Under the pieces are notes generated by a model. That model did not search any database. It was not told the DNA's origin and saw only the letters and a program-made list of their open reading frames with translations. Positions 17,535 through 26,920 of a DNA stretch of 64,000 nt are shown one piece after another; positions within the stretch are counted from its first letter, which is position 1; each line of letters starts with the position of its first letter. Source of the DNA: Planctomycetota bacterium (GTDB taxonomy: Bacteria > Planctomycetota > B15-G4); the NCBI GenBank assembly GCA_965248575.1, contig CBDFJQ010000002.1, forward strand, positions 448,001 through 512,000, given 5' to 3'. Position numbers and translations under genes: made by a program.

Positions 17535-18346
17535 TGCGCTCGGGAAACGAATTTGCCTTCGGAGTGCTGGGCGTTCAGGACCCCGTCCAGGCACAGGACA
17601 GCTGGGAGCACGGACGCGCGTGGTGGGTCAGCCTGGGTGAGTTCGCGCCTTGGCTCCTGCTTGCAATCACGGTGGCCTTGGTCGTGCGCGCTTTGCTTCG
17701 GGCCCGTCGCTATCGCGCTGTTTCGGTCATGGGCGATGCAGAGTGCGAACAGGTTCACGAAGCGATCCGCCAGGCAGAGGCTCACACGGTGGGTGAGGTG
17801 GTGCCCGTTGTGGTCGAGCGTGCCGATCCGCACCCTGGTGCCGCGTGGGTTGCCTCCCTGTTCGGCGTCATCCTCGGCAGCACCTTGCTCGTTCACGTGT
17901 TGCCTTGGGGCAATCCATTCCAGTTGTTGCTGATACAGCTCGGCCTGGGTGCGACGGCGTTCTGCCTGACGCGCTGGCTCCCAGACCTGACTTGGGTGTT
18001 CATCCCTCGGCAACGGGCGGAAGCCGTGTGCCAGGAGCAGGCGTTCCAGGAGTTCTATCGCCTGGGGATGCAGAAGACCGAAGCTGCCACCGGTGTACTC
18101 ATCTTCGTCAGCCTGTTGGAGCATCAGGTGGTGGTCCTCGGTGACGAGGGCATCGATGCGGCCGTCTCGTCCGAGACCTGGGATCAGGTCGCCGAGGCGG
18201 CACTGAAACAGCTGGCCAAAGGCGACGTCGCAGGCGGGATGGTGGCTGCAGTGCAGGCCGTGGGCGCGGTGCTTCAGGAGCATGTGCCGTGGGAGCAGGG
18301 CGATCGCAATGAGTTGCCGGATCGCCTGATCGTGAGGCGAGAGTAG
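17534..18346 (+). CDS. Membrane protein with split TPM domain (usual third gene of lemA-TPM operons)
   Basis: AIRQAEAHTVGEVVPVV, TEAATGVLIFVSLLEHQVVVLGDEGI, NELPD; TGATG overlap with upstream gene. Confidence 0.88.
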   Translation: MRSGNEFAFGVLGVQDPVQAQDSWEHGRAWWVSLGEFAPWLLLAITVALVVRALLRARRYRAVSVMGDAECEQVHEAIRQAEAHTVGEVVPVVVERADPHPGAAWVASLFGVILGSTLLVHVLPWGNPFQLLLIQLGLGATAFCLTRWLPDLTWVFIPRQRAEAVCQEQAFQEFYRLGMQKTEAATGVLIFVSLLEHQVVVLGDEGIDAAVSSETWDQVAEAALKQLAKGDVAGGMVAAVQAVGAVLQEHVPWEQGDRNELPDRLIVRRE

Positions 18347-18520
18347 GGCTTCTCGGCGAAATGGGGCCCGAAGAGGGACTTCAACCAGCGTCCTAGCCGT
18401 CACACGTCACCTGATCGGCGCTATCTCATGCCCTGGATCGGTGCCATGATGGGCTCTTCGGCGTTGACAGATTCGAGCTCTCCATGGGCCCCTCGCTGAA
18501 TGCACGAAGGAGATCAACAC

Positions 18521-20716
18521 ATGCCACGGCTGACGCTGACCCACGAGTTCCATGCGACGGACGACGGGCGTCGCGATTCCGTACGAGCATCGAGCATCGT
18601 TGTGTTTGCTGTCCTGGCATTTGGCGTCCTGCCTTCATGGGCAATGGCCCAGCAGGTGGACCTGGAGACCAGTAAGGCGACCCAGGCGGAGGCCGAGTCG
18701 CTTCCGCAGATCGGTGCGAGCGCGAACGAGCCTGCGGACATCCTGCAGGGTGCCGGCGTACCCCTCGCTGGGGATCCTGATCGCTTGTTTGGCGACATCA
18801 CCCTGACGTCGGAGGAGGCCTTTCTCGACCTGCGTGCCGACACGAGAACCCTGGCACGTGTCTTGGGGCAGGTGTTGGTGGCTCGCGGGGCTGTCGGATT
18901 TGCCGAAGTGCTGCCATCCACGTGGTTCCAGGTGGACGACACCTGGATCCGCATTGAACCACTGCCCTACATTCAAGGTGCCTGGTCGCGGGTGCGCGTT
19001 CGCGTTGGAACCTTCAGCACCGAGCAGGAGCGCTTTCGCGCGGAAGACCTGCTCAGCGAGCTGGCCTTGCGCCTGGAAGCCGAGCTGAGTCTGAGCGGGG
19101 CGCAGTTTGCTGACGGCTATGACGGGAACCCCTCGCTGCCAGCAACCCAAGCGATCCAAGGCGGGTTCGGTGTCTCCAGCCTGACTCCCATCGGAGAAGC
19201 CGTGGCGGCGAGCACTCAGCAGCCGATTGAGGTCTACGTGCCCGTTGAAGTGAACAACATCACGTACGCCGACGATGGCTACGACGAGCCTGTCTACGGG
19301 TATTCCTCGTTCTACGGATACGGCGGTCCTGCGTATTCCTACTACTCGCCCTATGCCTACTGTTCGCCGTGGGCCTACGGCTGGCTGTCCTACAGCAACT
19401 GGTCCTATGGGTACCAGTACGGTTGGCATGGCTACAGCAGCTATTCGGCTTGGTGCAGCCCTGCATCCGGTTGGGGTTTCCATCCCTACGGCGCGTGGTG
19501 GAACGGATACCACTCGAGTTTCTGCGGCTGCTCCAGTTGCGTCGTCATCGTGAAGAACTACGACGACTACGACGACGGCTACGACGATGGCTACGACGAC
19601 GGCTACGACGACGGCAACGACGACGGCAACGGTGGCGGTGGCGGTGGCGGTGGCGGCAACGGTGGCGGTGGCGGTGGCGGCAACGGTGGCGGTGGCGGTG
19701 GCGGTGGCGGTGGCTTGGTGGCCGGCGGGCAACCGGCGAGCCCTGTTCGAGGGAGCGCGGAGACGTCACTGGGTTCAGCGACGCCCGGCACTCTTGGTAC
19801 ATCGACACGCGTGGTTTCGCTGGGTTCAGGCGACGGCCCCGCAAAACGCTCCTTGTCGGATTTGAACGGTGGGACGGCCGATTCGATCAGCCCGCCTTCC
19901 GATTCCGGAGGAACGCTGTCTCAGGGAGGATCGGTTACGGGCGGAACCGGCGGCTCCTTATCCGGATCCGGCGGCACGGGTCAGAGCGGGCGCTCGGGAG
20001 GGGATGCGGTCGTGGATTCGGGACCCCCGACGGAGCCTCCCACGAACCGCGGGTCGGGAACCTGGACGCCGACCGTGCGGACGGTGACGGCTCGAACGAT
20101 TCGCGTGGGCTCGCGTGGCACAACTCTCGAGACCATGCCTTCACTCCGGTCATCACTTCCGAGCCGCAGCGCCTCGGTCAGCCAATGGGGCGGTGCGAAC
20201 GACCGCCGCAGCCGTTCCACGTCGACATCCTCGGCGCCGATCATCCGCTCATCGTCTTCGTCCGTGGTGACGCGTGCCGTCGTCAACTCGCAGTCGAACA
20301 GTCGCAGCTCATCAACCGCAGGAACGCGGAAGGACGACGCCAGCACTCTCCAGCTTCCGCCGACCTCACGGAGCACGACAAGCTCCAGGACTTCGTCGAG
20401 TTCGACGAGCGGACGCACGACCCTGACACCGAGCACCAGTCGCGGTAGCCGGATCAGTCTCCCGTCCTCATCACGCTCGCTTCCGACATTCCGCTCATCA
20501 TCCCCGACTCCCTCCCGGACGACATCTGTGTCTACGAACCGGGGCTCCTCGGCGAGTCGCGGCAGTGCCTCGTCCTCGAGTTCGCGAGGGGCGTCGAGCT
20601 CGTCCTCCAGAAAGTCCGGGGGCTCCAAGAGTTCTGGACGCTCCGCGAGTTCTGGTCGATCTTCGTCCAGCAGCAAGGGGCGCTCGTCCAGCAGCGGGAA
20701 GCGCAAGCGGAAGTAG
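18521..20716 (+). CDS. Secreted multi-block low-complexity protein (small globular domain, Tyr-rich block, YDDG repeats, poly-Gly, Ser/Arg/Thr tail)
   Basis: AAGGAG upstream of ATG 18521; signal peptide ending AMA|QQ; 731-aa open frame. Confidence 0.75.
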   Translation: MPRLTLTHEFHATDDGRRDSVRASSIVVFAVLAFGVLPSWAMAQQVDLETSKATQAEAESLPQIGASANEPADILQGAGVPLAGDPDRLFGDITLTSEEAFLDLRADTRTLARVLGQVLVARGAVGFAEVLPSTWFQVDDTWIRIEPLPYIQGAWSRVRVRVGTFSTEQERFRAEDLLSELALRLEAELSLSGAQFADGYDGNPSLPATQAIQGGFGVSSLTPIGEAVAASTQQPIEVYVPVEVNNITYADDGYDEPVYGYSSFYGYGGPAYSYYSPYAYCSPWAYGWLSYSNWSYGYQYGWHGYSSYSAWCSPASGWGFHPYGAWWNGYHSSFCGCSSCVVIVKNYDDYDDGYDDGYDDGYDDGNDDGNGGGGGGGGGNGGGGGGGNGGGGGGGGGGLVAGGQPASPVRGSAETSLGSATPGTLGTSTRVVSLGSGDGPAKRSLSDLNGGTADSISPPSDSGGTLSQGGSVTGGTGGSLSGSGGTGQSGRSGGDAVVDSGPPTEPPTNRGSGTWTPTVRTVTARTIRVGSRGTTLETMPSLRSSLPSRSASVSQWGGANDRRSRSTSTSSAPIIRSSSSSVVTRAVVNSQSNSRSSSTAGTRKDDASTLQLPPTSRSTTSSRTSSSSTSGRTTLTPSTSRGSRISLPSSSRSLPTFRSSSPTPSRTTSVSTNRGSSASRGSASSSSSRGASSSSSRKSGGSKSSGRSASSGRSSSSSKGRSSSSGKRKRK
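19559..19714 (+). repeat. 12-bp TACGACGACGGC repeats (YDDG/NDDG) followed by GGTGGC repeats (poly-Gly punctuated by Asn)
   Basis: Read directly. Confidence 0.95.
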
Positions 20717-20742
20717 TCAGCTATACGGCGCTTGGGCTCACT

Positions 20743-21129
20743 CTATTCGCTTTCGCCAATGGCGACTGCTGCCGCCATGCCACCGTCGTGGGTGATGCTG
20801 ATATGGATCTGGGTGATGCCGCGGCCCGAGGCGATGCGCTCCGCGGCGCCGTGAAGCTGGACCGTCGGGGCTTGCCCGGGAAGTCGTACGACTTCGATGT
20901 CCACCCAGCGCACACCCTGCGCCCAGCCGGTCCCCAGCATCTTCATCACCGCTTCCTTCACCGCGAATCGACCCGCATAGCTCGATGAGGCCGTTCGGGC
21001 TCGAGCGTCACAGTAGGCGCGCTCACCTTCGCTGAACACCCGCTCCAGGAAGCGTCGGCCCCTGCGTGCAATGACATCGTCGATGCGATCAATGCGGGCC
21101 AAATCGATACCGAGTGCAACGACAGACAT
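20743..21129 (-). CDS. acpS: Holo-[acyl-carrier-protein] synthase
   Basis: GIDLARIDRI, RFLERVFSEGE, YAGRFAVKEAVMKMLGTG, HISITHD. Confidence 0.93.
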   Translation of the reverse strand: MSVVALGIDLARIDRIDDVIARRGRRFLERVFSEGERAYCDARARTASSSYAGRFAVKEAVMKMLGTGWAQGVRWVDIEVVRLPGQAPTVQLHGAAERIASGRGITQIHISITHDGGMAAAVAIGESE

Positions 21130-21284
21130 GCGCGAACTCGCCAGGTGCGTGACGGGAGCCGGACATGGTGCCGGAGTGAGGCGCCGGTCGCCAGCGAGCT
21201 GGGCACGGGCTGGGTCCTTGCTTCCGGCCGGGCAACCCAGTCTGATCTCTGTCCGGCCGTCCAAACTGCACCCGATCCGGAGAC

Positions 21285-21755
21285 TTGGCGTTGAACATCC
21301 GCTCAGCAGGCCCCACTGACGTCGACGTCCTGGTGCGCTTCAATGCAGCTCTGGCTTCGGAAACCGAGGACAGGCAGCTCGACCTGGATCTCCTGCGGGC
21401 AGGCGTCGAGACATTGCTCGCCGATGGAGCCAAGGGGCGCTACCTCATCGCGGAACGCGCAGGCGAAGTGCTCGGCGCCCTGGCCGTCACGACGGAGTGG
21501 AGTGATTGGCGCAACGGTTGGTTCTGGTGGGTCCAGAGCGTCTATGTGGATGCATCAGCCCGCAGGCAAGGTGTCTACAGCGCTCTCTATGAGGCTGTGC
21601 TGAGAGACGCCAAGAACGATCCGAAAGTTTGCGGAGTCCGCCTGTACGTGGAGCGGGAGAACGACCGCGCTCGCCAGACCTACGCCCAGATGGGCATGCA
21701 GGAAACCGCGTACCGACTCTACGAAGTGGACTTCAGGCAAAGCGCGGGAAGCTGA
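21285..21755 (+). CDS. GNAT family N-acetyltransferase
   Basis: EWSDWRNGWFWWVQSVYV...RRQGVYSALY, RLYVEREN...Y..MGM. Confidence 0.9.
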   Translation: MALNIRSAGPTDVDVLVRFNAALASETEDRQLDLDLLRAGVETLLADGAKGRYLIAERAGEVLGALAVTTEWSDWRNGWFWWVQSVYVDASARRQGVYSALYEAVLRDAKNDPKVCGVRLYVERENDRARQTYAQMGMQETAYRLYEVDFRQSAGS

Positions 21756-21788
21756 GCATCGCGCCGGATCGTGGTTGCACGGGGCTGC

Positions 21789-23537
21789 TCATGGGTCCCC
21801 GAGAGTGGGGCGCTTCAAGTGAGCATTGCCCGCGCGCTGCCAGGCTGCAGCGACTGCGAGCAAGGTGGTCTCATCGAACAGCCGTCCGGTGAAGCTCAGC
21901 GCGAAGGGCGTCCCATCGTCGGCGAAGCCCGCAGGGGCCACCGCAACGGGGTGACCAGTGTGGTTGGTGATGAGCAGATTGTTGGCGGCGAAAGGCGCAT
22001 GCACCAAGACGTCCACCTGGGCCATCACCGCGTCCATCTCAAGCATCACCAGGGACCTTCTGCGGGAGGCATTGATGTAGTCGACGGCGGGCAAGAGCTG
22101 CGTGGCTCTCCAGAGGTTGGGCCAGGCTTGGGGTGCCTGCCAGGCGAGCTCATCATCGGCATTGCTGCGCGTCAATTCGTCGAAGGCAGCTGCCGACTCT
22201 GCCATGAGCATCGCGTTGAGGTTCGCTGACGAGACGTCTGGAAGTTCGACCTCGACCAGCTTGAGGCCGAGGGCGCGCAGCTCTTCGAGGGTTCCCTCGC
22301 CAAGTGGGAACCCCTCGAACGCACCCATGGGCACGCCCACCACGAGCCCTTCGACGGAGGCATGGCCGGGGACGTCGAACGGCAGGTCGTGCACAGTCGG
22401 ATCCAGGCCATCTGGCCCGTGCAGCACGTCGAAGACGAGGGCAGCACCGTCCAGGCTACGAGCCATGGGGCCGAGCTTGTCCATGGACCAGACGAGTGGC
22501 ATGGCGCCATGCCGGCTCACGCGCCCGAAGGTGGGGCGCAGCGACGAGACTCCGCAGCGGTTGCTCGGGGAGACAAGCGAACCATAGGTCTCGGAGCCGA
22601 TCGCAAAGGGCACGGCTCCTGCGGCCACGGCGGATGCGGGACCCGCTGACGAACCGCTTGAGCCCTGCTCAGGCTTCCACGGGTTGCGGGTCGTTCCCTC
22701 GAACCAGATGTCCCCGTAGGCCAAGGCGCCCAGGCTCAACTTCGCGATCAGAACCGCGCCTGCTTCGTCCAAGCGACGAACGACGGTCGCATCCACGTCG
22801 ATCACCTGGTCCTTGTAGGGAGCGGCACCCCAAGTGGTGCGGGTCTGTTTGACCGCAAGGAGGTCCTTCGCTCCCCAGGGGATGCCGTGCAAGGGGCCTC
22901 GCCAGTGGCCGGCTTCGAGTTCGGCATCCAGCACCCTGGCCTGCGCGAGCGCTCGTTCTTCGGTGAAGCTCACGACGCAATGAAGTTGGGGGTCGAGGCG
23001 TCGGAGGCGGGCGATGAAGAACTCTGCAAGTTCCTCGCAGGAGATAGCCCTGGCCCGGATCCAGCGCGAGAGCGTTGGGATGTCCGCAAAGGCGAGGTCG
23101 TCGGGGGACTTGGGGCGAGCGACGTCCTGTGAACCTGGCTCGGATTCAGGCTCCCCGATCAGGCTCGGACCCAGCTCTGCGAGGCGGCTTGGGCGATAGG
23201 GGATGCCTGGAGCCAAGGGGGTGAACTGGATCGCTGGCAGCACGTCGTGAGCCAAGGGGAGCGTGCGGCTCTGAAGGCTCTGGGCGCGCATGCTGCGCAG
23301 CTCCATCAGCATCGCAGCCAGCTCGGTCTCGGTGTATTCGAGGCCGACAACCTGGGCGGCCGCTGCCGCGGTTTCCATGCTGACCGGTTCCGGCTCTGAT
23401 TCGGCCTGGACGAACAGTCCGTCAGCCGTGGGCGATGCCAGGAAGAGGCCGAGCACCAGGACAGCCGGTCGCACGAGAACGGCACGCCAGTGAGCGGCTG
23501 GGCTAGGCAGAGCAGGGCCCCTGGGCCGGCTCTCCAT
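21789..23537 (-). CDS. Amidase-signature family enzyme, probably exported (start 23537 or 23588)
   Basis: GPLHGIPWGAKD (Lys), GSSGSSAGPA, GSETYGSL (Ser-cisSer-Lys triad); hydrophobic N-terminal segment. Confidence 0.9.
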   Translation of the reverse strand: MESRPRGPALPSPAAHWRAVLVRPAVLVLGLFLASPTADGLFVQAESEPEPVSMETAAAAAQVVGLEYTETELAAMLMELRSMRAQSLQSRTLPLAHDVLPAIQFTPLAPGIPYRPSRLAELGPSLIGEPESEPGSQDVARPKSPDDLAFADIPTLSRWIRARAISCEELAEFFIARLRRLDPQLHCVVSFTEERALAQARVLDAELEAGHWRGPLHGIPWGAKDLLAVKQTRTTWGAAPYKDQVIDVDATVVRRLDEAGAVLIAKLSLGALAYGDIWFEGTTRNPWKPEQGSSGSSAGPASAVAAGAVPFAIGSETYGSLVSPSNRCGVSSLRPTFGRVSRHGAMPLVWSMDKLGPMARSLDGAALVFDVLHGPDGLDPTVHDLPFDVPGHASVEGLVVGVPMGAFEGFPLGEGTLEELRALGLKLVEVELPDVSSANLNAMLMAESAAAFDELTRSNADDELAWQAPQAWPNLWRATQLLPAVDYINASRRRSLVMLEMDAVMAQVDVLVHAPFAANNLLITNHTGHPVAVAPAGFADDGTPFALSFTGRLFDETTLLAVAAAWQRAGNAHLKRPTLGDP

Positions 23538-23645
23538 GGTCTTGGGCACAGCTGATTCGGTCTGGATCTCGATCTCGATTTCGATCATGCGCCCACGGTA
23601 CGGACGGACAGGAAGCCAGGCGAGCGGGACCCTGCGAATGCTGGA

Positions 23646-25712
23646 TCAGGAAGCAGCTTTCTTGCGTGGCGCGCGCTTCTGGGTCGCCTTCTTGCCCGTG
23701 CCCTTGCGCTCCCGGCTGGGGGCGGTTGCCTTTCGCAATCCGGGCGCCTCTTCCTTCTGCTTGGGGCGAGCGGGACGCCAGCCTTCGGGCGGATCCTCAC
23801 CCGTCATCTCAAACAGGAAGCGGGACGTCATGGCTTCGGCGCGGGTCCCGAACTTGGACCGTGAGCCAGCCCGTGTGATGACGAGGCGCTTCTGGGCTCG
23901 CGTGATGCCCACGTACATGAGGCGTCGCTCTTCGTCGACGGTGTCTTCTTCCACGGAACGCTGGTGGGGCAACAGGCCCTCCTCGGCGCCCACGAGATAG
24001 ACCTCCGGGTACTCCAATCCCTTGGCGGCGTGCAACGTCATGAGCGTGACGGCGTTGCGCTTGCTGGGGTCTTCCGATGTGGAGTCGTCCTGGGCGAGGG
24101 CGATGCGTTGGAGGAACTCCGTCAAACGTGGCTTGGCTGCGCGAGTGACGTAGTTCTCCGCCATGTCGAAGACTTCGAGCACGCTATTCCAGCGGTCGCG
24201 CCGGGTGCGCTCATCGGGGTAGCAACGATCGACTTCGGCGCGATAGCTGACGTCATCCAGCATGCGCCCGATGCGGTTCACGAGGTCGTCCGTTGGTTCG
24301 GGGTCCCTGTGCATGTCGAGCACCCTGAGCAGCTCGCTGAGCGCCTCGTGGGCGAGCGGTTTGAACACGCCTTCCTTCAGGGCGCGCTTGGCGGCATAGA
24401 AGGCGCTCTCCCCGTGCTCCGTGGCGACGGCGATCAGCTTGTCCACCGTGCCCTTGCCGATGCCCCGCGCCGGTCGGTTGATGATGCGCAAGAGGGAGAC
24501 TTCGTCCTCGGGATTGGCGAGCAGCCTCAGGTAGGCCAGGACGTCGCGGATCTCCTTGCGGTCGAAGAAAGATTGCCCGCCCACGAGGATGTAGGGCACG
24601 TTCTCGGCGCGAAGCTGCGTTTCCAAGGGGCGCGGCTGCTGCTGGGTGCGGTAGAGGATGGCAAAATCCCCTGCGGTGGCCACACCAGAGCGGACCCGCC
24701 TGCAGATGTCCGTCACCACGAAGTGGGCTTCTTCGATCTCGTCGTCGCAGGCGATGACCTCGGGTGGGCTCCCCGCAGCCTGCGCCGAGCGCAGCGTCTT
24801 GCCGTGCCGGCTGGTGTTGTGTGCGATGACCTTGTTGGCCGCGTTCAGGATGTGGCCGGTGGAGCGGTAGTTGGTCTCGAGTCGAATGACCGTGGCGCCC
24901 GGGAAGTCGTTCTCGAAGCCCAGGATCTTCTCGACGTCTGCGCCACGCCAGCCATAGATGGACTGGTCGTCGTCGCCCACGACGCACAGGTTCCGATGCG
25001 CCTCCGCAATGCTCAGGACGATCTCGTACTGGGGGCCGTTCGTGTCCTGGTACTCGTCCACCATGATGTAGCGATAGCGGTCCTGGAACTCCCCGCGCAC
25101 GGCGTCGTTCTTCTTGAGCAGGTTGCGTGTCAGCAGCAAGAGGTCGTCGAAGTCCACGCTGCGTTGCCGGCGCAGCAGCTCGTCGTAGCGCACGTAGATC
25201 CGGCCGAGCAGCTCCTCCTTGTCGTCGCAAGCGGAGGCCAGCAAGTCGTGTGCCGAGACGAGCTGGTTCTTCAGCAGCGAGATGCGGCTGTTCGCGAACG
25301 AGGGGTGCAGGGAGGTGTCGGCCACGCGCAGCTCACGCATGGCGGTCTTCACGGCCGCCAGCTGATCCGAGGCGTCGCAGATGGCGAAGTTCGTCGGGAG
25401 GCCCAAGGCCGGCGCATGTTCACGCAGCGTCTTGGCGCAGAAGGAGTGGAAGGTGCCAATGGTCAACTCAGCAGCCAGCTTCTTGCCGACGATGGCTGAG
25501 ATGCGTTGCCGCATTTCACGCGCCGCCTTGTTGGTGAAGGTGACACCGAGGATCTGATGCGGGTGCACCCCCTCTGCCAGCAAGTAGGCGGTGCGCACGG
25601 TGATGACCCGGGTCTTGCCGGTACCCGCCCCGGCAAGCACGAGCACCGGGCCCAGGGTGGTGATGACCGCTTGGTGCTGCTCGGGGTTCAGGCCGGCGAG
25701 GAGATTGACCAC
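23646..25712 (-). CDS. UvrD/Rep/PcrA superfamily 1 DNA helicase
   Basis: LNPEQ, LAGAGTGKTRVIT, TFTNKAAREM, VDEYQDTN, VGDDDQSIYGWRGA, NYRS, HAAKGLE, EERRLMYVGITRA. Confidence 0.96.
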   Translation of the reverse strand: MVNLLAGLNPEQHQAVITTLGPVLVLAGAGTGKTRVITVRTAYLLAEGVHPHQILGVTFTNKAAREMRQRISAIVGKKLAAELTIGTFHSFCAKTLREHAPALGLPTNFAICDASDQLAAVKTAMRELRVADTSLHPSFANSRISLLKNQLVSAHDLLASACDDKEELLGRIYVRYDELLRRQRSVDFDDLLLLTRNLLKKNDAVRGEFQDRYRYIMVDEYQDTNGPQYEIVLSIAEAHRNLCVVGDDDQSIYGWRGADVEKILGFENDFPGATVIRLETNYRSTGHILNAANKVIAHNTSRHGKTLRSAQAAGSPPEVIACDDEIEEAHFVVTDICRRVRSGVATAGDFAILYRTQQQPRPLETQLRAENVPYILVGGQSFFDRKEIRDVLAYLRLLANPEDEVSLLRIINRPARGIGKGTVDKLIAVATEHGESAFYAAKRALKEGVFKPLAHEALSELLRVLDMHRDPEPTDDLVNRIGRMLDDVSYRAEVDRCYPDERTRRDRWNSVLEVFDMAENYVTRAAKPRLTEFLQRIALAQDDSTSEDPSKRNAVTLMTLHAAKGLEYPEVYLVGAEEGLLPHQRSVEEDTVDEERRLMYVGITRAQKRLVITRAGSRSKFGTRAEAMTSRFLFEMTGEDPPEGWRPARPKQKEEAPGLRKATAPSRERKGTGKKATQKRAPRKKAAS

Positions 25713-25839
25713 AGGTGAGACGTCTCATGGAGGGGGGAGGCGCTGGACCCTAGGGCTCAGGGCGCATCGATCAAGCCGTTGAATCCGGGGCCACGGTATG
25801 TACCTCATGGCTTGACTTCTGCCCTTGATCGGCTAATAG

Positions 25840-25877
25840 TCTCTATATCTCTTCATGCGGATGGAGAGATATAGAGA
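25840..25877. promoter_or_regulatory. AT-rich inverted repeat; candidate operator of the downstream ArsR-methyltransferase regulator
   Basis: TCTCTATATCTCT-tcatgcggatgg-AGAGATATAGAGA, perfect 13-bp arms, about 90 bp upstream of the regulator; a TTGACT hexamer lies just upstream. Confidence 0.65.
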
Positions 25878-25966
25878 GTGTGAAGGGCAGCTCCAGAGCT
25901 GCTGAACCGCAGAGCCATGCTTCCAAAGGCCACCCAGATCCTCGCTTCCCCTGACAGCCCGCGCTC

Positions 25967-26920
25967 GTGATCGATCTCCACAGCAGCTCCCAGTTGGCGC
26001 GTCTCTATGGGGACAGTTCCAGGTTGCGCCTGCTGTCTCTGCTATCGCAGGAGGAGCTCACGGTGGCTGAGCTCACCAGCGCCACGCGCCTGGGTCAGTC
26101 GAGGGTGTCGACCCATCTGGGAAAGCTGCGCGAAGCAGGTTTGCTCCGGGTCCGAAGGCACGGCACCTCCACCTTCTATGCCCTGGATGAGCTGGGGATG
26201 TCGGAGGATGCGCGCTTGCTGTGGCAGGCCTTCAGCGCCGCCACGGACGATCAATTGCTGCGCGAGGATACCCAGCGGCTGCAGGAGGTCGTCTCCGCTC
26301 GCTCGGGCAGCTGGGCTGATAGTGTGGCGGGTCAGATGGAGCGGCACTATTCGCCGGGCCGGACCTGGGAGGCTGCGGCGCGGGCGCTCGTGGGTCTCGC
26401 TGTCTTGGGGGACGTCCTGGATGTCGCCTCGGGGGATGGTGCCCTGGCAGAACTGGTGGCGCCCAGGGCTCGCAGCGTCACCTGTCTCGACGCCAGCAGG
26501 CAGGTGGTCTCCGCTGGTCGACGGCGCTTGCGTCTCGTGCCCAGCGTGCGCTTCTCGGTGGGGGACATGCACCGCCTGCCCTTTCCGGATGCGCGCTTCG
26601 ACCAACTGCTGCTCGTGAACTCCCTGAGCTATGCGCAGCACCCCGCGCAGGTCGTTGCGGAAGCAGCGCGCGTCCTTCGCAGCGGGGCGGGGCTCGTGGC
26701 CGTCGTGCTCGCAACCCACGCACACGAACACGTGGTGCGCTCCTTCAATCACGTGCAGATGGGTTTTGACCCCATCGAGCTGCGGCGCCTGTTCGAGGCC
26801 AACGGCTTCCGGGTCGACGCCTGCGCAGTGACGTCGCGCGAGCGCCGTGCCCCGCATCTGTCCGTCATCAGCCTGTACGCCACCCGGCTTCCACCTTCTC
26901 CACCCGAGACCCTGCCATGA
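25967..26920 (+). CDS. ArsR-family HTH fused to class I methyltransferase domain (SahR/SamR-like methionine-cycle regulator)
   Basis: [16 protein letters not shown]...[37 protein letters not shown] overlap with metH. Confidence 0.88.
   Translation: MIDLHSSSQLARLYGDSSRLRLLSLLSQEELTVAELTSATRLGQSRVSTHLGKLREAGLLRVRRHGTSTFYALDELGMSEDARLLWQAFSAATDDQLLREDTQRLQEVVSARSGSWADSVAGQMERHYSPGRTWEAAARALVGLAVLGDVLDVASGDGALAELVAPRARSVTCLDASRQVVSAGRRRLRLVPSVRFSVGDMHRLPFPDARFDQLLLVNSLSYAQHPAQVVAEAARVLRSGAGLVAVVLATHAHEHVVRSFNHVQMGFDPIELRRLFEANGFRVDACAVTSRERRAPHLSVISLYATRLPPSPPETLP

Noticed and set aside
16127..18346. lemA-TPM-TPM operon as a novel system
   Set aside because: A widespread, already recognised gene arrangement
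21789..23588. Calling the amidase gatA
   Set aside because: Has a signal-like N-terminal extension and no gatB/gatC neighbours
23565..23588. GATCTC-type hexamer repeat encoding MIEIEIEI
   Set aside because: Only four degenerate units, probably upstream of the real amidase start
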